Assembly (NCBI GenBank): GCA_029261055.1
Contig: JAJDCA010000053.1
Location: forward strand, 24,177-88,176
DNA: 64,000 nt
Origin: Candidatus Omnitrophota bacterium
GTDB lineage: Bacteria > Omnitrophota > Gorgyraeia > Zapsychrales > Zapsychraceae
Direction of reading: 5' to 3'
The first letter of the stretch is position 1, and the number at the start of each line of letters is the position of its first letter. Shown piece by piece: positions 36,282-47,135 of the stretch. The notes below the pieces were generated by a model that was not told the DNA's origin, made no database searches, and was given only the letters and a program-made list of their open reading frames with translations. A program made the translations under genes and the position numbers.

Positions 36282-37667
36282 TTACATATTGCTTAAATTA
36301 TCTAAAAACTCTCTATTGGTTTTGTATCGGCCAATTTTATCAATCAACAATTCCATAGCTTCAGCAGAGTTTAAATCATGAATGGCTTTACGAAGAAGCC
36401 ATATCCGCTGCAGATCATCTGGTGGGATAAGTTTTTCTTCATGACGCGTATTAGAACGTTTAATATCAATAGCCGGATAAATCCGTCTTTGAAATAAAGT
36501 ACGATCTAATTGAAGCTCCATATTTCCTGTCCCTTTAAATTCCTCAAAAATAACCTCATCCATACGGCTACCGGTTTCAATAAGAGAGGTTGCAATAATT
36601 GTCAAACTTCCGCCTTCTTCAACCGTACGGGCTGAACCAAAAAACCGCTTAGGTTTGTGTAAGGCGTTAGAATCAACCCCACCGGAAAGAATCTTCCCAC
36701 TGTGTGGAACAACTGTGTTATACGCACGGGCTAAACGGGTGATGCTATCTAAAAGAATAACCACATCACGTTTATGCTCCACTAATCGTTTGGCTTTTTC
36801 CAACACCATCTCAGCCACCTGGACATGGCGCTCGGCAGGCTCATCAAAGGTTGAAGCCACAACAGTTCCCTTAACGCTACGCTGCATATCCGTTACTTCC
36901 TCGGGACGTTCATCAATCAAAAGAACCAGTAAAATAGTATCTGGATTATTTTGTACGATCGAATTAGCAATTTTCTGCAAAAGGACTGTTTTTCCACTGT
37001 ACGGAGGTGCCACAATTAAGGCCCTCTGCCCCCGCCCTAAAGGTGTTAATAAATCCATAATCCGTGTAGAAATTTCACTTGAGTCCGTTTCCAAAAGAAT
37101 TGGATTTTCAGGATAAAGCGGAGTAAGATTGTCAAAAAATATTTTATCTTTACATTCTTCAGGGTTTTCAAAATTAACCGCCTCAACCTTCAAAAGTGCA
37201 AAATATTTTTCCCCTTCCTTAGGCGGACGGATGTGCCCACTGACGCTATCGCCTGTTTTCAAATCAAATCGTCGAATTTGTGAAGGCGAAATATAAATAT
37301 CATCCGGACACGGCAAATAATTATAATTTGCACTTCTTAAAAAACCGAACCCTTCTGACAAAATCTCAAGCGTCCCCTCACCAAACATCAAACCTGCTTT
37401 TTCAGCTTGAGCCTCAAGAATTTTCAAAATAAGATCTTGTTTTTTAATGCCGCTGACACCGTTAACATTCATGTCTTTAGCAAACTTAGATAGATCGACC
37501 ATTTTCATGGCTTTAAGTTTTGTGATGTCCATATTATTGTCGACAGCGGAGCTATTACTTTTTTCGCGAGAAGAATTATTTTTTCCCGTTGCTCTAGCGT
37601 TCTTTGTTTTTTCTTTATTTTCTTCTGTTACTTTATTTTCTCTTGCATTTGCATTAATTCTTGCCAT
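36282..37667 (-). CDS. rho: Transcription termination factor Rho with a 45-aa low-complexity N-terminal extension.
   Basis: It has the Rho N-terminal domain, an OB/CSD RNA-binding domain and a RecA-like ATPase (...[14 protein letters not shown]...). An AGGTGA RBS lies 5 nt upstream of the 37667 ATG. Confidence 0.9.
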   Translation of the reverse strand: MARINANARENKVTEENKEKTKNARATGKNNSSREKSNSSAVDNNMDITKLKAMKMVDLSKFAKDMNVNGVSGIKKQDLILKILEAQAEKAGLMFGEGTLEILSEGFGFLRSANYNYLPCPDDIYISPSQIRRFDLKTGDSVSGHIRPPKEGEKYFALLKVEAVNFENPEECKDKIFFDNLTPLYPENPILLETDSSEISTRIMDLLTPLGRGQRALIVAPPYSGKTVLLQKIANSIVQNNPDTILLVLLIDERPEEVTDMQRSVKGTVVASTFDEPAERHVQVAEMVLEKAKRLVEHKRDVVILLDSITRLARAYNTVVPHSGKILSGGVDSNALHKPKRFFGSARTVEEGGSLTIIATSLIETGSRMDEVIFEEFKGTGNMELQLDRTLFQRRIYPAIDIKRSNTRHEEKLIPPDDLQRIWLLRKAIHDLNSAEAMELLIDKIGRYKTNREFLDNLSNM

Positions 37668-38242
37668 ATTCTTTTCACCTGTTTTTTAATTTGAGTAATA
37701 TTCCCACGGTTATCAATAATGATATCCGCTAACCGAATTTTTTCCCGTAGCGGCATCTGAGCTTTAATTCTATGCCGCGCCTGGGCCTTAGTTATATTTA
37801 AACGATCAACGGCGCGTTCAACTTGCTGCGCTTGTGTAGCCTTAACGACAACCGATAAATCGACATAATGATGTAATTTTGATTCAAACAAAAGAGGCAC
37901 ATCAACAACAACGACCTTCTTTTTTCCTCCTTTTTTAAAAGATTGAATTGCCTTTAATATTTCCTTGCGTACTTCAGGATGAATAATACGCACAAGCTGG
38001 TCTAATTTTTTAATATCTTGAAAAACAATTTCCGCTATTTTTTTCCTATCAATATATCCTCGACTCAAGATATCTTGACCAAATAATTTCACGACGGATT
38101 GAAAACACGCCCCTTTCGGGTGCATTAATTCATGTGCAATAGCATCGGCATCAATCACTTTCGCGCCTAATGCCGCAAATATGCCTGCTACCGTTGACTT
38201 TCCCGTTGCTAAACTACCCGTTAATCCAATTATTGTTGACAT
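37628..38242 (-). CDS. coaE: Dephospho-CoA kinase. The start is trimmed to [10 protein letters not shown].
   Basis: [15 protein letters not shown]-loop. The ORF is about 204 aa. Confidence 0.8.
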   Translation of the reverse strand: MSTIIGLTGSLATGKSTVAGIFAALGAKVIDADAIAHELMHPKGACFQSVVKLFGQDILSRGYIDRKKIAEIVFQDIKKLDQLVRIIHPEVRKEILKAIQSFKKGGKKKVVVVDVPLLFESKLHHYVDLSVVVKATQAQQVERAVDRLNITKAQARHRIKAQMPLREKIRLADIIIDNRGNITQIKKQVKRIWQELMQMQEKIK

Positions 38243-38400
38243 AATTGTATGCAAGAGGCAAAGGTGCAAGAAACATAGAAGCAAAGATTCTAAAAAACAT
38301 AAAGCCTATTGATAAAAACTTAAAACTCATACTTTTCTATTTCTCTATTGCTGTTGCTTTTTCTCTACTTCTTGTCCCTTACTTCTCTGATTCTTTATTA
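38243..38400. repeat. Purine-arm/pyrimidine-arm element, copy E6.
   Basis: gcaagaggcaaaggtgcaagaaacatagaagcaaagattc ... ctattgctgttgctttttctctacttcttgtcccttacttctctgattc. Confidence 0.7.
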
Positions 38401-39803
38401 CGATACAATCCTACATATTTTAATGCCGATACATCCCATGAAAAATCCGCCAAAAAAGCATTTCTGATCAATTGATTAAATATTTTTTTATCACTAAAAA
38501 CTTCGACAGCTTTTTTAATTATCCTCATAAATACTTCTTTAGTATGATTCTCAAAAACAAATCCATTCCCTTTTTGATCAGGATGATCACTGGCAATAAC
38601 GGTATCCGCTAACCCTCCGGTCTTAAAAACTATGGGAATCGTACCATATCGAAAACTGATCATCTGACTTAACCCGCAAGGCTCGAAACAGGATGGCATT
38701 AAAAATAAATCACTACCGGCATAAATTTTATGCGCCAAATTTTCATCAAACTCTAAAGAAATAACCATTTTATTAGAATGCCTCCGGGCCGCTTCCATTA
38801 ATTGTTTGATATACTTTTCTTCTCCTTGCCCCAAAATGACAATCTGCAAATCTAAACCAAGCATTTCATCCATAGCTTCTAACAAAAGATCCATACCCTT
38901 CTGATGTGATACTCTCCCAACAAAACCTAAAACTGGAATTGTATGATCTTCAGGAAGACCTAATGTTTTCTGTAATTGCAATTTATTACGTTGTTTCGCC
39001 TCAACAAAATTTGAAACATCGTACTTTTTTTCAATGAACGGATCTGTTTTTGGATTCCACACATCATAATCCAACCCATTAAGAATCCCGACGATTTCTT
39101 CAGACCGATTTTGTAAAACTGCCTCTAATCCACAACCAAATTCTTTTGTTTGAATTTCTCCGGCGTATTGAGGACTGACGGTTGTTATTTGATCACTATG
39201 CAGTAAAGCTGCTTTAAGGAGGTTAAGCTTTCCGTAGAATTCAAAATCATCAAATCCGATAAAATGATCATTTTCAGCAGACCCCTTAAGTGTAACATAT
39301 TTTTCACCAAAAAACACACCCTGAAAAGCCAGGTTATGAATCGTTACAATAGTTTTAGTCTGACTAAAAAAATCATCGTTTCCGTACAAAGTTTTTAAAT
39401 AAACAGGAATCAGCGCTGTTTGCCAATCATGACAATGAACAATATCAACTTCTTCGTTTAAATATTTAAAAGCTGCTAAGGTTTCCAAACAAAAATATTG
39501 AAACCGTTCTAAATTATCAGAATAATCACCGCACCCATCACCATACAATCCTTCTCGGCTGAAAAATTCTTCATGCCCAATCAAATAAACACTGATATTT
39601 TTCCCCAGTGTTGTTTTTGAAAGGTTCTCATGAATCTTTTGTACCTGGTGCGCCTTATTATCAATACTCCGATAATGAGGTAAAAATAGGCTAACTTCTA
39701 TGCCCTGTTTTTCCAAAGCTAACGGCAAGGCTCCACAGACATCAGCCAATCCACCCGTCTTTGCAAAAGGAAAAACTTCTGAAGAACAAAAAACAACTTT
39801 CAT
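38379..39803 (-). CDS. glgA: Glycogen synthase (GT5). The start is trimmed to MKVVFCSSEVFPF.
   Basis: KTGGLADV and ...GLSQMISFRYGTIPIV... signatures. Confidence 0.85.
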   Translation of the reverse strand: MKVVFCSSEVFPFAKTGGLADVCGALPLALEKQGIEVSLFLPHYRSIDNKAHQVQKIHENLSKTTLGKNISVYLIGHEEFFSREGLYGDGCGDYSDNLERFQYFCLETLAAFKYLNEEVDIVHCHDWQTALIPVYLKTLYGNDDFFSQTKTIVTIHNLAFQGVFFGEKYVTLKGSAENDHFIGFDDFEFYGKLNLLKAALLHSDQITTVSPQYAGEIQTKEFGCGLEAVLQNRSEEIVGILNGLDYDVWNPKTDPFIEKKYDVSNFVEAKQRNKLQLQKTLGLPEDHTIPVLGFVGRVSHQKGMDLLLEAMDEMLGLDLQIVILGQGEEKYIKQLMEAARRHSNKMVISLEFDENLAHKIYAGSDLFLMPSCFEPCGLSQMISFRYGTIPIVFKTGGLADTVIASDHPDQKGNGFVFENHTKEVFMRIIKKAVEVFSDKKIFNQLIRNAFLADFSWDVSALKYVGLYRNKESEK

Positions 39804-42376
39804 ACCCTTTCCATATCCAACCAATTTTCCCCTACCTTAATATCCACTTTTATAGGCACGGATAATTTTAAAGGATTCTCCATATACTCACGAATAAGAT
39901 CAAGCATCAATTCTTTTTCGTTTTGTGGAACTTCAAAGATCAATTCATCATGTACCGTAATTAACATTTTGGATTTTAATTTTTTCTCTACCAAAATCTT
40001 TTGAATGTTAACCATCGCTAATTTTATTAAATCCGCCGCCGACCCTTGGACAACTGTATTAACCGCCTGACGCTGAGCAAATTGCTGAACGGAATTGTTG
40101 GCGCTGTGAATTTCTGGAATGTATCTACGTCGATTTAAGAATGTTGAAACAAATCCTTTTTCTTCACATTTTTCAATTGTCTTATCAATAAAGTCTTTTA
40201 CTTGAGGATAACGCAAAAAATAGGTATCAATAAAAGACTGCGCCTCATTGGGAGAAATATTCAAATCTTTAGCTAAACTAAACGAACCCATTCCGTAAAT
40301 AATACCAAAGTTGACTCTTTTAGCCATATTACGCATATTGCGTGTTACGCTTTCAGATTTTCCTTCCTCTTGAGAAAAAATTAATGATGCCGTATATTCG
40401 TGAATATCTTGATCCGTTAAAAAAGCTTCAATCAAATTCTTATCACCGGAAAGATGAGCTAAAATACGTAGTTCAATTTGAGAATAATCTGCGGCAATCA
40501 TCAGTAAATCTTTATCCGAAGGAATAATAGCACGTCGAATTTTTCGACCTAATTCTGTCCTTACCGGAATATTTTGCAAATTTGGATGACGAGAACTTAA
40601 CCTACCTGTTTCTGTTCCTGTCTGATTAAACTCTGCATGAACATGCCCTGTCTTTGGATCAATCAACTTAGGTAAAGCATCAATGTATGTTGACTTGAGC
40701 TTTGCTAACTGCCTGTATTCTAAAATCAACACAGGATATTCATGATCTTTGGCTAATGTTGTCAAAACAGATTCATTGGTAGAAAACCCTGTCTTTGTTT
40801 TCTTAATAACCGGTAATTTTAATTTCTCAAATAAAACATGGCTGAGCTGCTTAGGTGAATTAAGATTAAACTCCCCACCCGCCTGCGCGTACAATTTTTC
40901 TGACAAAGTCTTAATCTGCTTATCGCACGTTTGTGACAATTTTTTCAAAAGATCTAAATCTAAATTAACCCCTTGCGATTCCATAGTAAATAACACATGT
41001 GCCAAAGGCGTCTCGATATCTTCAAATAACTTCAATAAAGATTTTTCTTTAAGTTCTTTGAGCATTAAAGGATACAATCGATGAAGAAATAGCACGGCCT
41101 TTGCTGCTTTTTGTTTTTCTGATAGGGATTCCTTAGAAAAATTCCAAATTAAATCCTCCACGTCTGATGAAGATTGTGCCGGATTCAACAAATACCCTGC
41201 TAACATGACATCAAATGTTTTACCCTCAATACTAATCTGATAAGGGGATAAAACCTTAAAGGCTTCTTTTAAATTATGCGTAATTTTTAAAATTTCTTTA
41301 TCTTTAAAAACCGAATTAATCGCATGCAAATCCTTAAAAAGCACAGAAAAAACATCTCTTTCGTCTAAAGAAATAAACATTGTTTTCGAATACAATAAAT
41401 CATCTTCATCATCCGCATCATAAGAAAAAGCAAACTGACCTTTTTTTTCAATTTTTGATATTAACTCATTAAAATCTTTTTCTGTTTTTAATGACTGAAT
41501 TTTCATAACGTCACCGTCTTCAGAAGAAAATTCCTTAGCTAATTTTTTAAACTCTAATTCTTTAAATAATTCAAACAAACGATTTTTATTCGGAACCTGC
41601 GTTTTTAAAATTTCTAAATCATACTCAATGGGAACATTGGTTTCTAAAATAGCCAACTCTTTACTTAACACCGCCGCTTCTTTTTGATTGAGAATACTTT
41701 TTTCTTTTATTTTAGGAGAATCAAGCTTTTGGAGTTCGGCAAGAATATTTTCCAAACTCCCATACGTATTAATAAAATGCCGCGCATTGACGCCACCGAT
41801 CCCCTCTACGCCAGGAATATTATCAACTTTATCCCCAGCCAAGCCTACATAATCCGCGAAAAGATTTGGATCAAATCCTAATTTTTCCTTTAATTCTTCA
41901 TACCCTATTACTTGATCTTGACGGGCATGCAAAAATTTTATTTTTCCATTGGCTAATTGATACATATCTTTATCTTCACTTACGATCACCGCCTCAATAT
42001 TCTTTTTAGAAACCTGTTTGGCTAAAGTGGCAATAATATCATCCGCTTCATAACCTCCGATCTCAAACGTAGCGATATTGTAAGCCTTGACCACTTCTTT
42101 AATAATCCCCATCTGGTTAATCAAATCATCCGGCATAGAAGGTCTTTGAATTTTATATTCCGCATATTTTTCAGCCCGATGAGTCTTTTTCGGCGAATCA
42201 AAACAAATAGCCACATACTCCGGATGATAATCCTTTAATATCTTCCTTAATATGTTCACAAATCCTAGTACAGCATTGGTCGCCTGACCTTTGCTTGTTG
42301 ACAACTCCATGCCGGAATAAAAAGCTCGGTAACATAAAGCATGCCCGTCAATTAGAAATAATTTATCATTAGCCAT
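39800..42376 (-). CDS. polA: DNA polymerase I. The start is trimmed to MANDKLFLIDGHAL, preceded by AAGAAGGGTG.
   Basis: It has a 5'-3' exonuclease N-terminus and a family A polymerase C-terminus (...RRRAKAINFGIIYGMS...-like RRAIKTVNFGIIYGMG, and ...HDELIFEV...). Confidence 0.9.
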   Translation of the reverse strand: MANDKLFLIDGHALCYRAFYSGMELSTSKGQATNAVLGFVNILRKILKDYHPEYVAICFDSPKKTHRAEKYAEYKIQRPSMPDDLINQMGIIKEVVKAYNIATFEIGGYEADDIIATLAKQVSKKNIEAVIVSEDKDMYQLANGKIKFLHARQDQVIGYEELKEKLGFDPNLFADYVGLAGDKVDNIPGVEGIGGVNARHFINTYGSLENILAELQKLDSPKIKEKSILNQKEAAVLSKELAILETNVPIEYDLEILKTQVPNKNRLFELFKELEFKKLAKEFSSEDGDVMKIQSLKTEKDFNELISKIEKKGQFAFSYDADDEDDLLYSKTMFISLDERDVFSVLFKDLHAINSVFKDKEILKITHNLKEAFKVLSPYQISIEGKTFDVMLAGYLLNPAQSSSDVEDLIWNFSKESLSEKQKAAKAVLFLHRLYPLMLKELKEKSLLKLFEDIETPLAHVLFTMESQGVNLDLDLLKKLSQTCDKQIKTLSEKLYAQAGGEFNLNSPKQLSHVLFEKLKLPVIKKTKTGFSTNESVLTTLAKDHEYPVLILEYRQLAKLKSTYIDALPKLIDPKTGHVHAEFNQTGTETGRLSSRHPNLQNIPVRTELGRKIRRAIIPSDKDLLMIAADYSQIELRILAHLSGDKNLIEAFLTDQDIHEYTASLIFSQEEGKSESVTRNMRNMAKRVNFGIIYGMGSFSLAKDLNISPNEAQSFIDTYFLRYPQVKDFIDKTIEKCEEKGFVSTFLNRRRYIPEIHSANNSVQQFAQRQAVNTVVQGSAADLIKLAMVNIQKILVEKKLKSKMLITVHDELIFEVPQNEKELMLDLIREYMENPLKLSVPIKVDIKVGENWLDMERV

Positions 42377-42438
42377 GACTGCACCCTTCTTAGTCAGTTG
42401 GTGACCCTGCCAGGCTGGCAAGGTGGCGATCTATTTTA

Positions 42439-43281
42439 TCAGTTGGAAATCAATTTAGGCTTGTTTTGAATAATGGTAAGTATTTTTTGAATCTCCCTCT
42501 GAGCCGAATCATAATTCCCCGCATTTATCATCTCAATCGCTCTATCTTTGCGTCTTTTTATTCTTTTTCTTACTAATGCCACAATTGCTTTTTTTCTTGA
42601 TTGTACAACCTTAGAATTTTCAGGAGTAACTTTCAACGCTTGATTAAATTCCATAATCGCTTTTTTATATTCCCCACTGTCAAAAAACTCTGCCCCTTTT
42701 TCATAAAACTGATGAGAACGGTTAACTCGGTGCGATAGTTCCTTTTGTATCCGATCCTCTAATTCTTGATTAAGCCGATTTGTTTCCATAGAAACAATCC
42801 GATTTTTGTATTCCGGTCTTATCGCTAACAATTCATCCTTTGCTTTATTCGCCCATGAATCTTCGGAACCAGCCAGTTCAAATCGTCTTTGAAAATATTG
42901 TGCTGCCTTGTCCATATCCCCGCTGTTCTTGTAAAGATAGGCTAAATTCATATATGCAGGGAGATAATTTTTATCTTGCTTAATGGAGTCAAGATAATGA
43001 TGCTCTGCCTTCTTCATAAAACCTATTTGCTCGTAAAGAACACCCATATCATTCAAAAGCGTTGGGCTCATTTCTCCTAAAGCTTCTGCTTTTGTATAAA
43101 ACGATAACGCTGCGTTGTAATTACCCTTTTGCTGTTGATCGTAAGCTTGAAGACGATATTGTTCGGCGGATTCCTTTTTGGGATCTGCAAAAACATTTGA
43201 GTGAAAGGTAATAAGAGAAATGAAGAACAAAAGAAATGTTACTAAAGTATGATTATATTCTTTAAAACGCTTTAAAAGCAT
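42439..43281 (-). CDS. Secreted tetratricopeptide-repeat protein.
   Basis: It has a signal peptide and several TPR-like Y/A-rich helical repeats (...AEQYRLQAYDQQQKGNYNAALSFYTKA..., ...AYMNLAYLYKNSGDMDKAAQYF...). Confidence 0.6.
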   Translation of the reverse strand: MLLKRFKEYNHTLVTFLLFFISLITFHSNVFADPKKESAEQYRLQAYDQQQKGNYNAALSFYTKAEALGEMSPTLLNDMGVLYEQIGFMKKAEHHYLDSIKQDKNYLPAYMNLAYLYKNSGDMDKAAQYFQRRFELAGSEDSWANKAKDELLAIRPEYKNRIVSMETNRLNQELEDRIQKELSHRVNRSHQFYEKGAEFFDSGEYKKAIMEFNQALKVTPENSKVVQSRKKAIVALVRKRIKRRKDRAIEMINAGNYDSAQREIQKILTIIQNKPKLISN

Positions 43282-43287
43282 AATATA

Positions 43288-44286
43288 CTATTCCGATTTT
43301 GACAAGGAAAAATTTTCTGCCTCATTGGCGGGTGATTCTATGTTATCTTGAACCAAATGAATCTCAGACAAATTTTGCGTTTGCTCTAATGCATCTCCCG
43401 TAATCACAGTTCCAACACACCGCCCTTGCTCCTGGGCGTCCATCGCATCTTTTTCTCCTTGAGCAACATCCATTAATGCAAATACATTGTTTACATTAGC
43501 TCGAAATTGTTCATTAACGCTCACTTTGTCATCTACTTTTAAAATAGCATCCGATAAAACCCGTAAATTATTCTTTAGATGATCAAAAAGAGCCATCTGA
43601 CAGGCCAAAACCTTCCCTGATTTTAACCTTACTGCTTTGACATCACTATCACCCAATATTTCTTCAATATGTTGCCCTGAAATAACACGTATTTTTTCCT
43701 GTTTCATAAATTCGGTAAGACTTTGAGCCGTCTCCATATCCAATGTCTCTGCAAGGTTATATTGCTGTGGTGAAACAAAAATAACTTCTTTATTTACTTT
43801 GGCCAAAGCCATCGCCAGTTGAAAACCAAAAAGTTGATTGGATTGAATAACAATAGTATCTGTGAAAGGAAGATTGTTTAATAGCTGATGAACATCCTTA
43901 AGACTTTTTGCCCGTAAAACTCCTTCTTTATTCGTTCCCTTAATATCTGGAAATTTATATTCCGGAGATTCTGTCATGATAAGTTCATCATAATCTATCT
44001 GCGTTTTATCTTCTGTAAAAATTTTATTTCTTTTAAAATTAATTCGCGTTATTTTTTTATCCAGAATAACCTTAACTTTGTTTTTAGTAAAAAAATTCTT
44101 TGGTTTGCAAAACACCTGATCAAACGTAATATCTTTTACAATCAGCTGAGTAAACATTTTTTGATCATACGGATAATACCCATCATACCCAAAGAGTGTG
44201 ATTTCACTGGAAGAATCTTTGGCCCGAATTTCTTCGATCGCCGCTATCCCGGCGGGGGAACAACCTAAAATAACTATTTTTTTCAT
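43288..44286 (-). CDS. FAD/NAD(P)-binding pyridine-nucleotide-disulfide-type oxidoreductase; short form of about 330 aa.
   Basis: It has an N-terminal Rossmann motif KIVILGCSPAGIAAIEEI and a second dinucleotide-binding region (...TIVIQSNQLFGFQLAMALA...). Confidence 0.5.
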   Translation of the reverse strand: MKKIVILGCSPAGIAAIEEIRAKDSSSEITLFGYDGYYPYDQKMFTQLIVKDITFDQVFCKPKNFFTKNKVKVILDKKITRINFKRNKIFTEDKTQIDYDELIMTESPEYKFPDIKGTNKEGVLRAKSLKDVHQLLNNLPFTDTIVIQSNQLFGFQLAMALAKVNKEVIFVSPQQYNLAETLDMETAQSLTEFMKQEKIRVISGQHIEEILGDSDVKAVRLKSGKVLACQMALFDHLKNNLRVLSDAILKVDDKVSVNEQFRANVNNVFALMDVAQGEKDAMDAQEQGRCVGTVITGDALEQTQNLSEIHLVQDNIESPANEAENFSLSKSE

Positions 44287-45143
44287 AATGAATTTTGCCT
44301 CTTGAATGACTCGATGCCGTTTTGCATCAACATAACAACGGTAACAGGACCGACACCTCCCGGTACAGGCGTAATAAAACCTGCCTGTTCACTGGCTTTG
44401 TCAAATTCCACATCACCAACTATCTTATTATCCACATGATTGATGCCTACATCAATCACAATTGCGCCTTTTTTAATCCACTCACCTTTTATCAAAGACG
44501 CCCTACCAACAGCGACGACAAGAATATCCGCACGTTGCACATGATTAATTAATTTTCCAGCTTCACTCGTGGCAACATGACATACCGTCACCGTAGCATG
44601 CTCTTTTAAAAGAAGTAAACTTAAAGGTTTCCCAACAATATTACTATGCCCGACAACAACAGCCTCTTTTCCCTTAAGGTCAACGGACGTTGATTTGATA
44701 TGTTCCATCACAGCCGCTGGTGTACAAGGAATAATATGGGTATGCCCCAGCATCATTTTTCCGATATTAACAATATTGATTCCTTCTAAATCTTTAGTTA
44801 CATCAACACAATTGGCCAAAACCGGATAGTCAATCTGATCAGGAACAGGTTTATGAATCATAATCCCATTAACCGATGGATCTTTATTTAATTTTATTAA
44901 TGCTTCTTTAACCTCTGCACAAGGAATATCTTTCGAAAAAGTTGCCAATTCATAATCAATACCAATATACTCGGCAACTTTTTTTTGTGATTTAGCATAA
45001 GCACAAGCACCATGCTGGTCACCAATAATCAAGTTAACCATGCGCGGAACTTTTCCGGTTTTTTCTTTTAAGATCGAAACTTCTTCTTTAAGAGAATCCT
45101 TGATCTTTTGTGCTAATACTTTACCATCAAGAATATTGGACAT
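44283..45143 (-). CDS. folD: Bifunctional 5,10-methylene-THF dehydrogenase / methenyl-THF cyclohydrolase. The start is trimmed to MSNILDGKVLAQKI.
   Basis: ...ILDGKVLAQKIK..., ...VVGHSNIVGKPL... and ...TPVPGGVGPVTVVML... motifs. Confidence 0.85.
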   Translation of the reverse strand: MSNILDGKVLAQKIKDSLKEEVSILKEKTGKVPRMVNLIIGDQHGACAYAKSQKKVAEYIGIDYELATFSKDIPCAEVKEALIKLNKDPSVNGIMIHKPVPDQIDYPVLANCVDVTKDLEGINIVNIGKMMLGHTHIIPCTPAAVMEHIKSTSVDLKGKEAVVVGHSNIVGKPLSLLLLKEHATVTVCHVATSEAGKLINHVQRADILVVAVGRASLIKGEWIKKGAIVIDVGINHVDNKIVGDVEFDKASEQAGFITPVPGGVGPVTVVMLMQNGIESFKRQNSL

Positions 45144-45151
45144 AATATTGA

Positions 45152-45190
45152 TTCCATATTGGGCATGACCTGCCTGGTTTATCATGCCCC
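45152..45190. repeat. REP-like element, copy R5; single unit with a GC-rich loop insertion.
   Basis: gggcatga[cctgcctgg]tttatcatgcccc. Confidence 0.55.
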
Positions 45191-45666
45191 TATTTCAAAT
45201 GTAAAGCTGAATTGAATGCCGCCATTAACATTTCAATAGCTGCCTCCACATCCCCTATTAAATATTTATTTCCCTTTTGCACTAAAAATGGTGCCAACTG
45301 AACAGCTTTGTAAGATAATCGACATACTTCTTGAGGCACTTTTTGAGCCCCTTTCAAAGCAGCTTTCTTCTCTCTGGGAGAAGCGTTCTTCGTCTTTACG
45401 ACGTTAAGATAAGCCTCGGCATCTAAATCAACTAACTCTAAAAAACGTTTTCGAATGGCTTCACTTTGATCAAGAATTCTCTGAATCCTTTTCTCCACCA
45501 TTTTAGATTGACTTTTTCCCTTAGAATAATTCGCCACCATGCACAAAAGCGCAGCGCCAAGAGCGCCTGTTAATGCCGCCGCCGAACCTCCACCAGGGAC
45601 TGGTTCTTTTTTGGCCAATACATCTAAATAAGATTTAAGTGTATAATTTTTAAACTTCGAAGGCAT
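45190..45666 (-). CDS. Formiminotransferase-cyclodeaminase C-domain-like protein (methenyl-THF cyclohydrolase/cyclodeaminase family).
   Basis: ...PVPGGGSAAALTGALGAALLCMVANYSKGK... matches the FTCD_C signature. It is adjacent to folD. Confidence 0.7.
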   Translation of the reverse strand: MPSKFKNYTLKSYLDVLAKKEPVPGGGSAAALTGALGAALLCMVANYSKGKSQSKMVEKRIQRILDQSEAIRKRFLELVDLDAEAYLNVVKTKNASPREKKAALKGAQKVPQEVCRLSYKAVQLAPFLVQKGNKYLIGDVEAAIEMLMAAFNSALHLK

Positions 45667-46018
45667 TTTTTATAATATCTATTTTAAATTTATCGCCTGT
45701 TTCGGGAATAATACCGACGACATCAAACCGCGCCTTAACATCGTCATTCCCATATTTCATTTGAAGATAACTCTGGGCCACACGAATAATTTTACACTGC
45801 TTCGTCCTTGTGACAGATTCAAACGGATGCCCATGCCAAGAAGAGGTCCTCGTTCTTACTTCCACAAAACAAAGTGTATCCCCATCTGTAGCAATAATAT
45901 CAATTTCGCCAAGCTGATTAGAAAAATTTGTTATTATAATAACATAACCTTGACGCTTTAGATATTCCTGCGCAAGTTTTTCACCTTGTTTTCCTAATGT
46001 TAATCGTTTGACTGTCAT
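45650..46018 (-). CDS. yraN: YraN-family (UPF0102) endonuclease.
   Basis: ...GEKLAQEYLKRQGYVIIITNFSNQLGEIDIIATDGDTLCFVEVRTR... The ORF is small (122 aa) and upstream of rnhB, the usual position. Confidence 0.75.
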   Translation of the reverse strand: MTVKRLTLGKQGEKLAQEYLKRQGYVIIITNFSNQLGEIDIIATDGDTLCFVEVRTRTSSWHGHPFESVTRTKQCKIIRVAQSYLQMKYGNDDVKARFDVVGIIPETGDKFKIDIIKNAFEV

Positions 46019-46638
46019 ACACTCTGAAATGATCGGCGATGAATAATGGATGGACCAAATTGTTTGATTGCTTGTTTATGTTTTACCGTAGGATAACCTT
46101 TATGCTGTTTGAATCCATACTCTGGAAATATTTGATCATAGGTAGCTAATATTCTATCTCGTGTTACTTTAGCCACAATGGAAGCGCAGGCAATAGAAAA
46201 TATCAAATTATCACCGCCGACCACTGTTTTATACGCATAAGGCAAACCCGACTTAAATGCATTTCCATCAACTAAAAGACATACGCTACGATCAAATTTT
46301 TTTTGCTTTCTCTTGGATTCAGGAATTTGAGAAATCAAATGTTCAACAGCGTTACGCATAGCCATAAAGGTTGCCTGAAGAATATTTATGCCATCAATAA
46401 CCGATTCACTCATGATACCGACACCAACAAAGGCATTAGCATAAATTTCATGAAAGGCTTTAGTACGCTGATTTGCTGTAAGTTTTTTGGAATCTTTAAT
46501 TTGTGTATGGAAGTTAATATTTTTTAAGGCTACGGCCGAAGCTACGACAGGACCTGCTAATGGACCACGCCCGGCTTCATCAATACCGATGATCCATTCA
46601 TGACCATCTCTCTTGGCTTGATTTTCATAGTCAAACAC
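46015..46638 (-). CDS. rnhB: Ribonuclease HII.
   Basis: ...IIGIDEAGRGPLAGPVVASAV... is the catalytic DEAGRG motif. Confidence 0.9.
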   Translation of the reverse strand: MFDYENQAKRDGHEWIIGIDEAGRGPLAGPVVASAVALKNINFHTQIKDSKKLTANQRTKAFHEIYANAFVGVGIMSESVIDGINILQATFMAMRNAVEHLISQIPESKRKQKKFDRSVCLLVDGNAFKSGLPYAYKTVVGGDNLIFSIACASIVAKVTRDRILATYDQIFPEYGFKQHKGYPTVKHKQAIKQFGPSIIHRRSFQSV

Positions 46639-46733
46639 TTAACACCTTTGGGTAATTTTAGTCATTAGAATGATAAACAGGATAAAGTTTTATTACTGAG
46701 GATGATGCTTGATGTCCGAGAACTTCTTCAACC

Positions 46734-47096
46734 CTATTGCATTTGGCGTCTTTTTACACGAGCAGCTTTACCAACACGGTCACGCAAATAATAAAGTTTA
46801 GCGCGTTTAACAACACCCTTACTAACAATTTTGAGAGTATCAATGACCGGCGAATGGATTGGAAAAATTCTTTCTACGCCTTCACCGAATGAAATTTTTC
46901 GTACGGTAAATGTTGCTTTGACGCCTCTTCCTGTTTTTCGGATAACTGTTCCTTCAAAAGGATGCATACGCATCTTATCTGCTTCCTGCACCTTTATCTT
47001 CATCTTAACCGTATCGCCAACTTCAAAATCAGGAATGTCACTTTTTAAATACTTTTCATCAATTTCTTGAATTGCTGCGCCTTTGTCGATTGCCAT
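46734..47096 (-). CDS. rplS: 50S ribosomal protein L19.
   Basis: The 120-aa ORF reads ...FEVGDTVKMKIKVQE...RIFPIHSP.... Confidence 0.9.
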   Translation of the reverse strand: MAIDKGAAIQEIDEKYLKSDIPDFEVGDTVKMKIKVQEADKMRMHPFEGTVIRKTGRGVKATFTVRKISFGEGVERIFPIHSPVIDTLKIVSKGVVKRAKLYYLRDRVGKAARVKRRQMQ

Positions 47097-47135
47097 TTTA
47101 AAACTCCTTTTATTTCTAATATTTATCTTTATTTT

